This document shows, in pieces, positions 24,362 through 32,000 of a stretch of 32,000 nucleotides of DNA. Each line of letters begins with the position of its first letter. The stretch's first letter is position 1. Source of the DNA: Halomicrobium mukohataei DSM 12286. GTDB taxonomy: Archaea > Halobacteriota > Halobacteria > Halobacteriales > Haloarculaceae. The stretch is from contig NC_013202.1 in the NCBI RefSeq assembly GCF_000023965.1, positions 2,340,001 to 2,372,000 of the forward strand, given 5' to 3'. A program made the position numbers and the translations under genes. Below the pieces are notes generated by a model. The model had not been told where the DNA came from and did not search any database. It saw only the letters and a program-made list of their open reading frames with translations.

Positions 24362-25032
24362 GCTCCCTCCAGCCGTGCCGCCAGGTCGTTTCGGTCCGCG
24401 CGGACGACTCGCTCCATGAACTGTCCGAGGCGGCCGTACACGCCGGTGCCGGGTTCGTCGGCGAGGCGATCGGCGACGCCGGCCGCGAGATGCCCGAGGT
24501 GGCGGTCGTGAAAGTCCAGCCGGGCGGCCGCTGCGCTCTCGTCGACGGCGGCCTCACGGCGGGCGAGAAACGCCGCGAACTCCAGTTCGTAGGCCAGCGC
24601 GTCGTGGTTGTCTCGATCGTCCTGATCGATCGCGAGCCCGTAGTAGTCGTAGGCCCGTGCCAGATCGAGGTTCACGTCGTTCCAGGACCGATCCGGCCGG
24701 TACTTCGACTCGTACAGCGGCACCGGCGGTCCCCGTGCGTCGAGCGAGCCGTCGGTCCGGTCCGTGTACTCGCTGTACCCCAGCTCGAAGATGTCGTTGT
24801 ATCGGGCCGCCAGGGTCTCGTAGCCGTCGTCGGTCGTGCAGTCGGGAGCCGCCACGTCCAGCGTCGTCTGTGCGACACACGCCTCGATGTCGGCGTCGAG
24901 TGTCCCCTCCGTGGCGGCCTCGTGGAACGCCTCGTCGGGATGCCGGAAGGCGTGTGCCAGGGTCCGGTACAGCGTCGCTCGGGCCGCCGCGTCCACGTCG
25001 AGATCGTCGGGCGCGTCGGTGACGGTCGCCAT
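24358..25032 (-). CDS. narJ: nitrate reductase assembly chaperone (NarJ/TorD family)
   Basis: 224 aa from the internal ATG (cat 25030-25032), 1-nt overlap with the upstream stop. TorD-like pattern (LYRTLAHAF..P, YNDIFELG, PLYESKY, DHDALAYELEFAAFL). Positioned downstream of narGH. Confidence 0.8.
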   Translation of the reverse strand: MATVTDAPDDLDVDAAARATLYRTLAHAFRHPDEAFHEAATEGTLDADIEACVAQTTLDVAAPDCTTDDGYETLAARYNDIFELGYSEYTDRTDGSLDARGPPVPLYESKYRPDRSWNDVNLDLARAYDYYGLAIDQDDRDNHDALAYELEFAAFLARREAAVDESAAAARLDFHDRHLGHLAAGVADRLADEPGTGVYGRLGQFMERVVRADRNDLAARLEGA

Positions 25033-25874
25033 CAGTTCGGCCCTCCTCCCGCTCGGTAGACGCCGAACGCGGTGACGGCAGTCACCGCGACGATCGCGAG
25101 TCCGGCCAGCGTCCACAGCAGCGTCTGGTAAGGCGGTCCGCCCGGCCCACCGCTCATCGGGAAGTAGTACCACTCGCTGACAGCCTTCTGTCCGGCGCGC
25201 TCGCCGTTGGAGCCGTTCCAGACCGCGAAGGCAACGTCGAGGTCGCCGTCGTCGCTGATCGCGGTCCGGTTCTCGCTGGTCGCGTCGAGGGGGCGCGAGT
25301 AGACGACGGTCCAGGTGGCGTTCTCGCCGGTCCCCTCGTGGGTGGCCGTCGCGTCGATCGCCGGCTCGTCGAACGGCGTCGTCGAGCCGGCACCGCCCGC
25401 CAGTAGCTCCTGGGTACCGGTGTCGCCGGACCAGTACCAGACGTTGACCCTGTTGTCCTGTCCGCCCATCGCGATTGGCGGGCGGGCGCTGCGGTTGGCC
25501 GGGAACTGCACGGCGACGGCGTCGGCGAACGCCCGCACGTCGCTGGCGCTCTCGTCTCTGGTCTGGTCGTGCCACTCCAGACGGACGAAGAGCCGGTCGT
25601 CGGTCGTCGCCGCCTGTACGTTCACCTCCTCTATCGTGGTGTCGTCGGCGTTTGGCACGCTCGACGGCGCGCTGGTCAGGGGCACGTCACTGGCGGGCAC
25701 CGCCTCCCAGCCGTCGGCGTCGGGTCCGTCGAGTGGACCGTCGGGACGCTCGACCACGGGGATCTCGTGGGCCGGCCGCGCGCTCGCCAGCGGCGTCGCG
25801 ACGGTCGAAACGACCACCAGCGTCGCCACGAGGACCGCCGCGACGAGGGCACGTCGATGCCGGCGGTCAGTCAT
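25032..25874 (-). CDS. heme-b gamma-like subunit (ethylbenzene-dehydrogenase gamma / DMSO-reductase type II heme-b family) with signal peptide and C-terminal membrane anchor
   Basis: 280 aa from ATG 25874 (MTDRRHRRALVAAVLVATLVVV...). Motifs FVRLEWHD, AVQFP, PPIAMGG, NVWYWS and NGERAGQKAVSEWYYF fit the EB_dh heme-b domain, including candidate Met and Lys ligands. C-terminal helix LLWTLAGLAIVAVTAVTAFGVY. An in-frame upstream ATG exists at 25952. Confidence 0.78.
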   Translation of the reverse strand: MTDRRHRRALVAAVLVATLVVVSTVATPLASARPAHEIPVVERPDGPLDGPDADGWEAVPASDVPLTSAPSSVPNADDTTIEEVNVQAATTDDRLFVRLEWHDQTRDESASDVRAFADAVAVQFPANRSARPPIAMGGQDNRVNVWYWSGDTGTQELLAGGAGSTTPFDEPAIDATATHEGTGENATWTVVYSRPLDATSENRTAISDDGDLDVAFAVWNGSNGERAGQKAVSEWYYFPMSGGPGGPPYQTLLWTLAGLAIVAVTAVTAFGVYRAGGGPN

Positions 25875-25963
25875 CCTCGAACACCGGGCGACTTCGCGGT
25901 GTTCGTCTCCCGAGCTCGAAGATGACTGCCGTCGCTGTGCTTTGTCAGTCATCTTCGAACACC
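25866..25963. repeat. triple repeat at the narH/orf7 junction: 20-bp direct repeat (25866..25885 and 25944..25963, 19/20) plus an inverted 13-mer (25916..25928)
   Basis: gtcagtcatcCtcgaacacc versus gtcagtcatcTtcgaacacc. tcgaagatgactg at 25916..25928 is the exact reverse complement of 25946..25958, and pairs with 25868..25880 with a single G-U in the mRNA. Confidence 0.85.
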
Positions 25964-27021
25964 TCCAACCGGTACTGTTCGGCCGGATTCTTGTCCTGGA
26001 GGATCTCCATGAGTTCGCTGTCGGCTCCCTGTCTCGCCCGCTGGCGCTCCCGTTCGATCGTGTCCAGTGCCTCGTCGACGCGGTCGCCGAACAGCTCTCG
26101 AAGGTACTGGCGGGGGATACGGTCCACGTCGACCGACTCGCCCTCGTCGGTGTGCTGGGGCGGTGCGAACGGCGGGATGTAGTAGACGTTGGGCTGGGTC
26201 TGGAACTCCGGATGCAGCGGGAGCGCGACCTCGTACTCCTCGACGAGCTTGTAGATGGGTCCGTCTTCGTCGTCGAGAAAGCCCACCAGCCGGAGCTGAG
26301 GGGGACACTCCTCGGCACAGGCGGGCGCGAACGTCTCGCCGTCCGGCCCCTCGCCCTCGATGCGGGGGTAACAGAAGATGCACTTCTCCGATTTCTTCGA
26401 GACGGTGTTGTAGTACACCTTCTTGTAGGGGCACCCCTCGACGCAGTAGCGGTAGCCCCGACAGCGGTCCTGGTCGACGAGGACGATGCCGTCCTCCTCG
26501 CGCTTGTACAGCGCCGATCGCGGGCAGGCCTCGACACAGGAGGGGTGGGTACAGTGGTTGCAGATCCGCGGGAGGTAGAAGTAGTAGCTGTTGGGGTACT
26601 CGCCGGCACCCTCGTCCTCGTCCCAGTTGGGACCCCACTCCGCGCCGTCGCGGGGGCGCAGCGGCTCGTCGCTGCCCTCGTACATGATCTCTTCGTGGTT
26701 GAACTCCCAGGCCCGGCCGTAGTCCTCGCGATCGGGGATCTCGCCGGTCTGGCGGTCCGTGTGTTCCCCGGACTGCCAGCCGCCACCCGACTCCTCCCAG
26801 CCTCGCGGGTAGCCTTCGCCGGGCTTGGTCTCGACGTTGTTCCAGTACATGTACTCGCTGCCGCCGTCCTCCGTCCAGAGGCTCTTGCAGGCGATCGTAC
26901 ACGTCTGGCAGCCGATACACTTGTTGAGGTCCATCACCATCGCCACCTGGTGGTCGACGCCGTCGGCGACGTTGATCAGGGTGTCCTCGTCCTCGCCGTC
27001 GTTCTGGGTGTTCGAGCTCAT
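25945..27021 (-). CDS. narH: respiratory nitrate reductase beta subunit (4-cluster Fe-S protein)
   Basis: 358 aa. Cys groups CIGCQTCTIAC, CNHCTHPSCVEAC, CRGYRYCVEGC and CIFCYPR. ATGA overlap with narG. Confidence 0.93.
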   Translation of the reverse strand: MSSNTQNDGEDEDTLINVADGVDHQVAMVMDLNKCIGCQTCTIACKSLWTEDGGSEYMYWNNVETKPGEGYPRGWEESGGGWQSGEHTDRQTGEIPDREDYGRAWEFNHEEIMYEGSDEPLRPRDGAEWGPNWDEDEGAGEYPNSYYFYLPRICNHCTHPSCVEACPRSALYKREEDGIVLVDQDRCRGYRYCVEGCPYKKVYYNTVSKKSEKCIFCYPRIEGEGPDGETFAPACAEECPPQLRLVGFLDDEDGPIYKLVEEYEVALPLHPEFQTQPNVYYIPPFAPPQHTDEGESVDVDRIPRQYLRELFGDRVDEALDTIERERQRARQGADSELMEILQDKNPAEQYRLEVFEDD

Positions 27022-29936
27022 TGGTCGTCACCTCCTGCGGGGCGCACACCGACAGACTCGCGCTGCTCGTCTCCCGAGCCCGACTGCCCGTCGGTCAGTC
27101 GGACGTCCACGTTCACGTCGCTGTTGACGCCGGTCGGACCCCAGTAGTTCGGGAAGAAGTAGAGGTGTTCGCCGGTGTCCTCGGGGTACTGGACCAGCTG
27201 CGTGGGCTTCATGTACATCGGGACGAGCGTGTTGAAGTTGTCTCGGCCCGGATACTGGAACTTCTCCCACGAGAAGAAGTGCCGGACCGTTCCGGGGTCA
27301 CCCGACGGGTAGATCTTCGCCTGTACCTCGACGCTGCCCATGTCGTTGTACACCTCGACGGTGTCGCCGTCCTCGATCCCGCGCTCCTCGGCGTCCTCGG
27401 GATTGAGGAAGACCGTCGGTTCGCCCCGCTGGAGCCGGAGCATCTTCGTGTTCTCGCGCCACGTCGAGTGGATCGACCAGCGGCTGTGGGGCGTGTTGTA
27501 GGAGAGGGGGTAGTCGCCGCCGGTGTCCTGTGGCCCCTCCTTGTGCGTGGGCAACTCCTCGCCGAGTTCGAGGAACCAGTCGTGGTCGACGTAGTACTGC
27601 TGGCGGCCGGTGAAGGTGGGCCAGGGCTGTTTGTCCTGGACGTAGTCCTGCCAGGGGACGTACGGTGCTCCGTCCTCGATGTCGGAGGTCCAGTGATCCC
27701 CCGCCGCTTCGAGACGCTGGGGCTGCTCGACGGTGTCGGCGAACGTGATCTGCTCGTCGCTGTCTGCGGGGTTGGACTCCTCGCTGTGTTCGAGGACGAA
27801 CTCGGAGGCCTCGCGGCCGTCTTCGAGGGCTCCCTCCTCGCCGGTCTCCCAGTCGCGCACGTAGTCGTCGTAGATCGTCGTCAGGTCGATCTCGCGGTCG
27901 AACGATCGGTCCTCGACCGGTTCGACCCCCCGTTCCTGGGCCCGCTCCTGGATCTTCTCGGCCAGCAGGCGGAAGATCTCCCAGTCAGACTTGGCCTCGC
28001 CCAGCGGCTCGACGGCGGGCGTGAACGGGTGGACGTACGTGTGCATGTCGGTCATGTTCAGGTCGTGCTTCTCGTAGTGGCTCGCCGCCGGGAGGACGAT
28101 GTCGGAGTACATCGCCGTCGAGTCCATCCGGAAGTTGATGTCCACGACCAGATCCAGTTTCGGCCAGAGCTGTTCCTCGACGGCGACGTTGCCCTTGGCC
28201 TGGTTGAAGTAGTTGCCACGCCAGACGAACATCGTCGAGGGGTCCGGCCAGGACCCGTCCTCGCGCTCCTCGGGGTACACCGGCATCCAGCCCTCGTCGA
28301 TGGACTCGCGGATCTTCTCGGCGGTGTCGGGATCGGTGTTGTCGAGGATGCCGGCGTGGAAGTAGGTCCACAGCGTCGTCGGCACGCCCCGCACGCTGCC
28401 GGTCGGGAACGAGAGCGTCTTCCAGCCGTGGAACGTCCAGATCTTCTCCTGGCCGACGTAGTGATCCAGCCCGGTGCCGGGTTCGCCGAGGTTCCCGGTC
28501 AGGGTCACGAGCAACTGGATCGCCCGGTTCCCCAGGTCGTTGTGGTACCAGTCGTTGACGCCCTTGCCGTGGATGATCTTGGCCGCGTCGGCGTCGGCGA
28601 ACTCTCGGGCGACGCGCTGGTAGGTGTTCTCGCCGACCCCGGTCTCCTCGTGGACGAACGCGGGCGTGTACTGTGACAGTTCCTCACGGAGGTTCTCCCA
28701 GACCGACCGGACCGCCACCTCGCCGTCGTCGGTCTCGACGCTCCGCTCGACGCCCAGCTGGGGGTCGAAGTCGAGTTCGATGCTCGACTCGGGGTCGTGC
28801 TGGCCGTCGCGCTCGCCGAGCGAACCGGGCGCGGGCCGGAGCTCCCCGTCCTCGTCGACCATCACGAACACCTTGTCCGGGTCGTCGGCGTCCGCCGCGA
28901 GACCGACCTCGCCCGCCCGGAGGAACTTCCCGGTGTCTTCTCGCACGAGCAGCGGCATGTCGGTCTGCTCTTTGAGGTGGGACTCGTCGTACAGCTCCTC
29001 GTCGACGATCGTCTGGGCCATCCCGAGCGCGAGCGCGGTGTCGGTGCCACCCTCCGGCGCGAGCCACTCGTCGGTGTGGATCGCGGTCTGGGAGTAGTCG
29101 GTGAAGATCCCGACGCGTTTCGCTCCCTCGTAGCCGGCGTCGAGGAAGTACTTGGCGTCGGGGATACGGGTGACGTTGATGTTCGACCCCCAGGCGATGA
29201 TGTAGTCGGCGTTGTGCCAGTCGGCGGACTCGGCGTTGTCCGTCTGGGTCCCCCAGGTGATCGGCTGACCCGGCGGCAGGTCGGAGTACCAGTCGTAGAA
29301 GCTGTGGGACACGCCGCCCAGCAGGTTCACGAGCCGGGAGCCGCTGGCGAACGACACGGGCGACATGGCCGGGATCGGCGTAAAGCCCGAGATTGCGTCG
29401 TACCGGCCCGCCTGCACCTCGTCGATGACGTGGTCGGCGATCTCCGTCAGTGCCTCGTCCCAGGAGATGCGCTCCCACTGGCCCTCGCCGCGTTCGCCGG
29501 TGCGGCGCAGCGGGTGGAGCACGCGCTGGTCGGCGTTGACGTAGTCCGTGTAGCAGGCCCCTTTCTGGCAGCCCCGCGGGTTGGGATCTGGGAGGTCCTC
29601 GTCGATCACGGGGTAGTCGCCGGCCTGTTCCTCGCGCCAGACCTGCCCGTCCTTGACGTAGACGTTCCACGAACAGGAGCCGGTGCAGTTGACGCTGTGG
29701 GTCGACCGCGCCACGGAGTCCCAGTCCCACTCCTCGCGGTAGAGGTCCTCCCACTCGCGGTAGGGGTACGATCCGATCGGATCGTCGACCGCCTGCAGCC
29801 CGTCCATCTCTTCGTCGGCGAACGACAGGCCGGTCGCGCCGACGATCGAGGCGGCCCCGAGGCCGCGGACGAAGTCGCGTCGGGTAATTCCGGAACTGTC
29901 CATCCACCGGTCGTCGTCGATGTCGTGTTCACTCAT
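27018..29936 (-). CDS. narG: respiratory nitrate reductase catalytic subunit (molybdopterin, DMSO-reductase type II), Tat-exported
   Basis: 972 aa. Twin-arginine signal SGITRRDFVRGLGAASIVGATGLSFA. FS0 motif HSVNCTGSCSW (H-x3-C-x3-C). Full-length molybdopterin oxidoreductase similarity by eye. Confidence 0.93.
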   Translation of the reverse strand: MSEHDIDDDRWMDSSGITRRDFVRGLGAASIVGATGLSFADEEMDGLQAVDDPIGSYPYREWEDLYREEWDWDSVARSTHSVNCTGSCSWNVYVKDGQVWREEQAGDYPVIDEDLPDPNPRGCQKGACYTDYVNADQRVLHPLRRTGERGEGQWERISWDEALTEIADHVIDEVQAGRYDAISGFTPIPAMSPVSFASGSRLVNLLGGVSHSFYDWYSDLPPGQPITWGTQTDNAESADWHNADYIIAWGSNINVTRIPDAKYFLDAGYEGAKRVGIFTDYSQTAIHTDEWLAPEGGTDTALALGMAQTIVDEELYDESHLKEQTDMPLLVREDTGKFLRAGEVGLAADADDPDKVFVMVDEDGELRPAPGSLGERDGQHDPESSIELDFDPQLGVERSVETDDGEVAVRSVWENLREELSQYTPAFVHEETGVGENTYQRVAREFADADAAKIIHGKGVNDWYHNDLGNRAIQLLVTLTGNLGEPGTGLDHYVGQEKIWTFHGWKTLSFPTGSVRGVPTTLWTYFHAGILDNTDPDTAEKIRESIDEGWMPVYPEEREDGSWPDPSTMFVWRGNYFNQAKGNVAVEEQLWPKLDLVVDINFRMDSTAMYSDIVLPAASHYEKHDLNMTDMHTYVHPFTPAVEPLGEAKSDWEIFRLLAEKIQERAQERGVEPVEDRSFDREIDLTTIYDDYVRDWETGEEGALEDGREASEFVLEHSEESNPADSDEQITFADTVEQPQRLEAAGDHWTSDIEDGAPYVPWQDYVQDKQPWPTFTGRQQYYVDHDWFLELGEELPTHKEGPQDTGGDYPLSYNTPHSRWSIHSTWRENTKMLRLQRGEPTVFLNPEDAEERGIEDGDTVEVYNDMGSVEVQAKIYPSGDPGTVRHFFSWEKFQYPGRDNFNTLVPMYMKPTQLVQYPEDTGEHLYFFPNYWGPTGVNSDVNVDVRLTDGQSGSGDEQRESVGVRPAGGDDQ

Positions 29937-30111
29937 GAGTCAGAAACACCGTAAGCATCGCACAGAGAGCGCCGACGACGGCGAGCGCGAACCCGGTCGG
30001 CGTCGAGCCACCGGCTTCGAGGCCCAGCGCGACGAGGCCGAGCCCGAGCAGTTTGCTCGCCGTGTCCAGCAGTCGATACTGTCGCTCCGAGAGAGTGGCG
30101 GCGTCAGTCAT
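29929..30111 (-). CDS. small two-span membrane protein of the nar operon
   Basis: 60 aa from the internal ATG (cat 30109-30111). It has 8-nt overlaps with narC (ATGACTGA) and narG (ATGAGTGA). Two hydrophobic helices. Confidence 0.6.
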   Translation of the reverse strand: MTDAATLSERQYRLLDTASKLLGLGLVALGLEAGGSTPTGFALAVVGALCAMLTVFLTHE

Positions 30112-31501
30112 CGTCGCCACCCCCGTCGGACGACCTCGCTGGTCCGCCGTCGGCCGCAACGTCTTCACCGTCCGTCTCCGGGGGCGTCGCGGGATCGTCC
30201 TCGCGCAACAGCAGGTACGTGGCGATCCCGAACAGCGTCGGCACGATCAGCAGCGCGGCCGCGAGGATCGGATTGACGACGCTGGTCGAGACGTCGAGCA
30301 CCTGGTTCGCGAGGATGTTGTTCATCCCCGCGATGGAGGCGATCATGACGAACGCCACCGCCGCGACGCCGACGGCGGTCTGCCAGGGCCGGTCCAGCGG
30401 ATCGGCGGTGAAGTGAACTTCCGGCGTCCGGTCGATAAAGGGCCAGGCCAGGATCGCCGCGAACACGAGGCCGGGCAGCACGATGCCACCGAGGAACTCG
30501 CTGTTGATGTGGATCGGGCCGAGGTCGATGGCGATGCCCGGAAGCAGCTTCAAGAAGCCGTAGACCCACATCAGGAACCAGTCCGGCATGATGAGCTCCG
30601 GCGTCGCTGCGGGGTCGTTGGGGCCGTACTCGGCGACGTTGTGGACCGGGAGCAGGCCGGCCAGCAGCGACAGCGTCGCGGCCGTCAGGAAGAACACGAC
30701 CGCCGACACCGCGGCCTGGTTGGGGACCGCCGGGAGCCCGACGATCACGTCGTCGTTCTCCCGGTCGATCGCCTCGCGGCCGGTCTCGACGTCGTCTTCG
30801 CGGGGTGCCTCGGTGTGTTTCTGGCGAACCAGGATGAACATGTGCAGGGCCAGCCCCCCCATGATCAGCAGGGGGATCACGAGCACGTGCAGGAAGTACA
30901 GCCGCGGGATCGTCGCGCTCGTGGGGAACTCGCCCCCGAAGACGATCTCGGCGAGGAAGTCACCGACCAGCGGCACCGAGACCGTGAGATTGTACCCGAT
31001 CCCCGTCGCCGTCGCGGCGAACTCGTCGAACGGCAGCGCGTAGCCGGTGTAGGCCGCCCCCATCGCCAGCACGGCCAGCCCGGTGCCGACGACCCAGTTC
31101 GGTTCCCGGGGGTTCCGGTAGGCCCCGGTGAAGAACACCCGGAGCATGTGGAGCCCGATCGAGGCCACGAACAGGTGGGCCGCCCAGTGGTGGAGCCGCC
31201 GGATGAACATCCCGAACGGGACGGTGTAGGTGATGTGCAGCACCGAGACGAACGCTTCTGGCATCTCCTCGCCCTGGAACTGGGCGACGCTGCCGTCGTA
31301 CTGGACGGCGCTGGTCGACGGCTCGTAGAAGAAGCCGAGGAACACGCCGGTCAGGATCAAGAGGAGGAAACAGAAGACCGCGACCTCCCCCAGCAGGAAC
31401 GAGTCCTCGGCCGGGAACGCCTTCCCGAGGAACGTCTGGCCGTTCTCCAGGTCGAGTCGGCTGTCGAACCAGTCGTAGACCTGCTTCGCTCGGGACATCA
31501 T
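30104..31501 (-). CDS. narC: cytochrome b (bc1/b6-type) subunit of the nitrate reductase complex
   Basis: 465 aa, polytopic. [28 protein letters not shown] and the later His-containing helices match the cytochrome b N- and C-terminal domains. ATGA overlap with the Rieske gene. Confidence 0.9.
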   Translation of the reverse strand: MMSRAKQVYDWFDSRLDLENGQTFLGKAFPAEDSFLLGEVAVFCFLLLILTGVFLGFFYEPSTSAVQYDGSVAQFQGEEMPEAFVSVLHITYTVPFGMFIRRLHHWAAHLFVASIGLHMLRVFFTGAYRNPREPNWVVGTGLAVLAMGAAYTGYALPFDEFAATATGIGYNLTVSVPLVGDFLAEIVFGGEFPTSATIPRLYFLHVLVIPLLIMGGLALHMFILVRQKHTEAPREDDVETGREAIDRENDDVIVGLPAVPNQAAVSAVVFFLTAATLSLLAGLLPVHNVAEYGPNDPAATPELIMPDWFLMWVYGFLKLLPGIAIDLGPIHINSEFLGGIVLPGLVFAAILAWPFIDRTPEVHFTADPLDRPWQTAVGVAAVAFVMIASIAGMNNILANQVLDVSTSVVNPILAAALLIVPTLFGIATYLLLREDDPATPPETDGEDVAADGGPARSSDGGGDDD

Positions 31502-32000
31502 TCACCTCCGGGACCGACGGTCCCTTCGAAGTCTCCGGTCGCGACGAGTTCCCCCTCGCTGGTCATCGTGATCGGGAGCTGTGGCAGCGCTCGTCCCGGC
31601 GGCCCGTCGGTCACCGCGGCACCCGACAGCGGATCGAACTTCCCGAAGTGACACGGGCAGACGAGCGCGTTCCCCTCTCGGTTCGAGACCATACAGCCCG
31701 CGTGCGTACAGACTTTCGAGTAGGCGGCGTAGCCGTCGACGGTGAAGGCCATGTTCGTGTCGCCGCCGTAGTCGTCCTCCGAGAAGCGCACCAGCAGCGT
31801 CGGAGCGTCCTCGATCCCCGGTCGCGGCTCGGGGAACACCGTCATCTGCTCGCCCGCCGACAGCGCGCTCTCGGTGACGCGGTTGCCGTCCCCGTCGACG
31901 AGGTTGATCCCGTCGGAGTAGATCGGGCCGCTGTACCCGCGCTCGAACACCTGTGTCAGGCCCGCCAGCGGCGCGGCGAGGCTCGCGACGGCAGTCAGCC
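31498..32000 (-). CDS. narB: Rieske [2Fe-2S] protein, 5' end outside the window
   Basis: Rieske boxes CTHAGC and CPCH(F)G. The reading frame stays open upstream of the track start (a GTG at 31950) to the window edge and encodes a hydrophobic [14 protein letters not shown] segment, so the true N-terminus lies beyond 32000. Confidence 0.85.
   Translation of the reverse strand, partial: LTAVASLAAPLAGLTQVFERGYSGPIYSDGINLVDGDGNRVTESALSAGEQMTVFPEPRPGIEDAPTLLVRFSEDDYGGDTNMAFTVDGYAAYSKVCTHAGCMVSNREGNALVCPCHFGKFDPLSGAAVTDGPPGRALPQLPITMTSEGELVATGDFEGTVGPGGE

Noticed and set aside
25875-25952. Alternative orf7 start at ATG 25952, giving the 26-aa longer N-terminus MTDKAQRRQSSSSSGDEHREVARCSR and an ATGACTGA overlap with narH.
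   Set aside because: Not rejected outright, but the downstream ATG 25874 directly precedes the Arg-rich, hydrophobic signal-like segment and was used for the feature. The ambiguity is discussed in the junction finding.
1-32000. Search for CRISPR arrays, rRNA genes, tRNA genes and defence-type gene clusters.
   Set aside because: I saw no regularly spaced direct repeats, no rRNA-like or cloverleaf-compatible segments, and no nuclease/helicase/methylase-type ORFs. This was a by-eye scan only; tRNAscan, Infernal and CRISPR finders would be decisive.

Overview
GC-rich, haloarchaeal-type DNA. Hand counts of typical 60-nt lines give about 65-70% G+C. Supporting signs are strongly acidic proteins, a dodecin gene, an Htr-type transducer, and TATA-like boxes 25-30 nt upstream of many ATGs, which suggests leaderless mRNAs. 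About 38 protein genes or gene remnants can be supported. I found no rRNA, tRNA or CRISPR array. All family names come from motif recognition by eye; no database search was possible.

Left part (1-6800): a Zn-alcohol dehydrogenase, then a decaying accessory islet. The islet holds an AT-richer Tat-lipoprotein substrate-binding gene, the FecCD-type permease and ATPase of an iron-siderophore/cobalamin-type ABC importer, a stranded C-terminal fragment of an ABC exporter, a 5' remnant of an FAD oxidoreductase, and a DDE transposase remnant.

Middle (6800-21200): mostly housekeeping or conserved genes. These are a BASS transporter, YihY/BrkB, a hemerythrin fused to a degenerate truncated acyl-AMP ligase, two PPOX-family paralogs, an HMA copper chaperone, hisD, GNAT, IscA/HesB, dodecin, membrane proteins, a DUF457 hydrolase, Usp, a methyl-accepting transducer, and DoxX plus a small membrane protein.

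Right part (21419 to beyond 32000, minus strand): a complete Tat-exported respiratory nitrate reductase operon of the haloarchaeal pNar type, in the order narB (Rieske), narC (cytochrome b), small membrane ORF, narG, narH, heme-b gamma-like ORF, narJ. Three further genes are translationally coupled to its end: a polytopic membrane protein, a HEAT-repeat protein, and a DUF59-Mrp/NBP35-DUF2249 fusion.

Best candidates for something undescribed:
1. The three-gene tail of the nar operon.
2. A family of about 80-bp modular palindromic elements built around a 12-bp box ACNGCCGGCNGT. I saw exact copies only between genes, and four of the five exact copies lie in three elements that abut TGA stop codons.
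3. A triple repeat at the narH/orf7 junction that can form two mutually exclusive hairpins.
4. The hemerythrin-ANL fusion.
5. Two identically built TATA-plus-operator modules in the ABC islet, one of which opens a leaderless 20-codon uORF.
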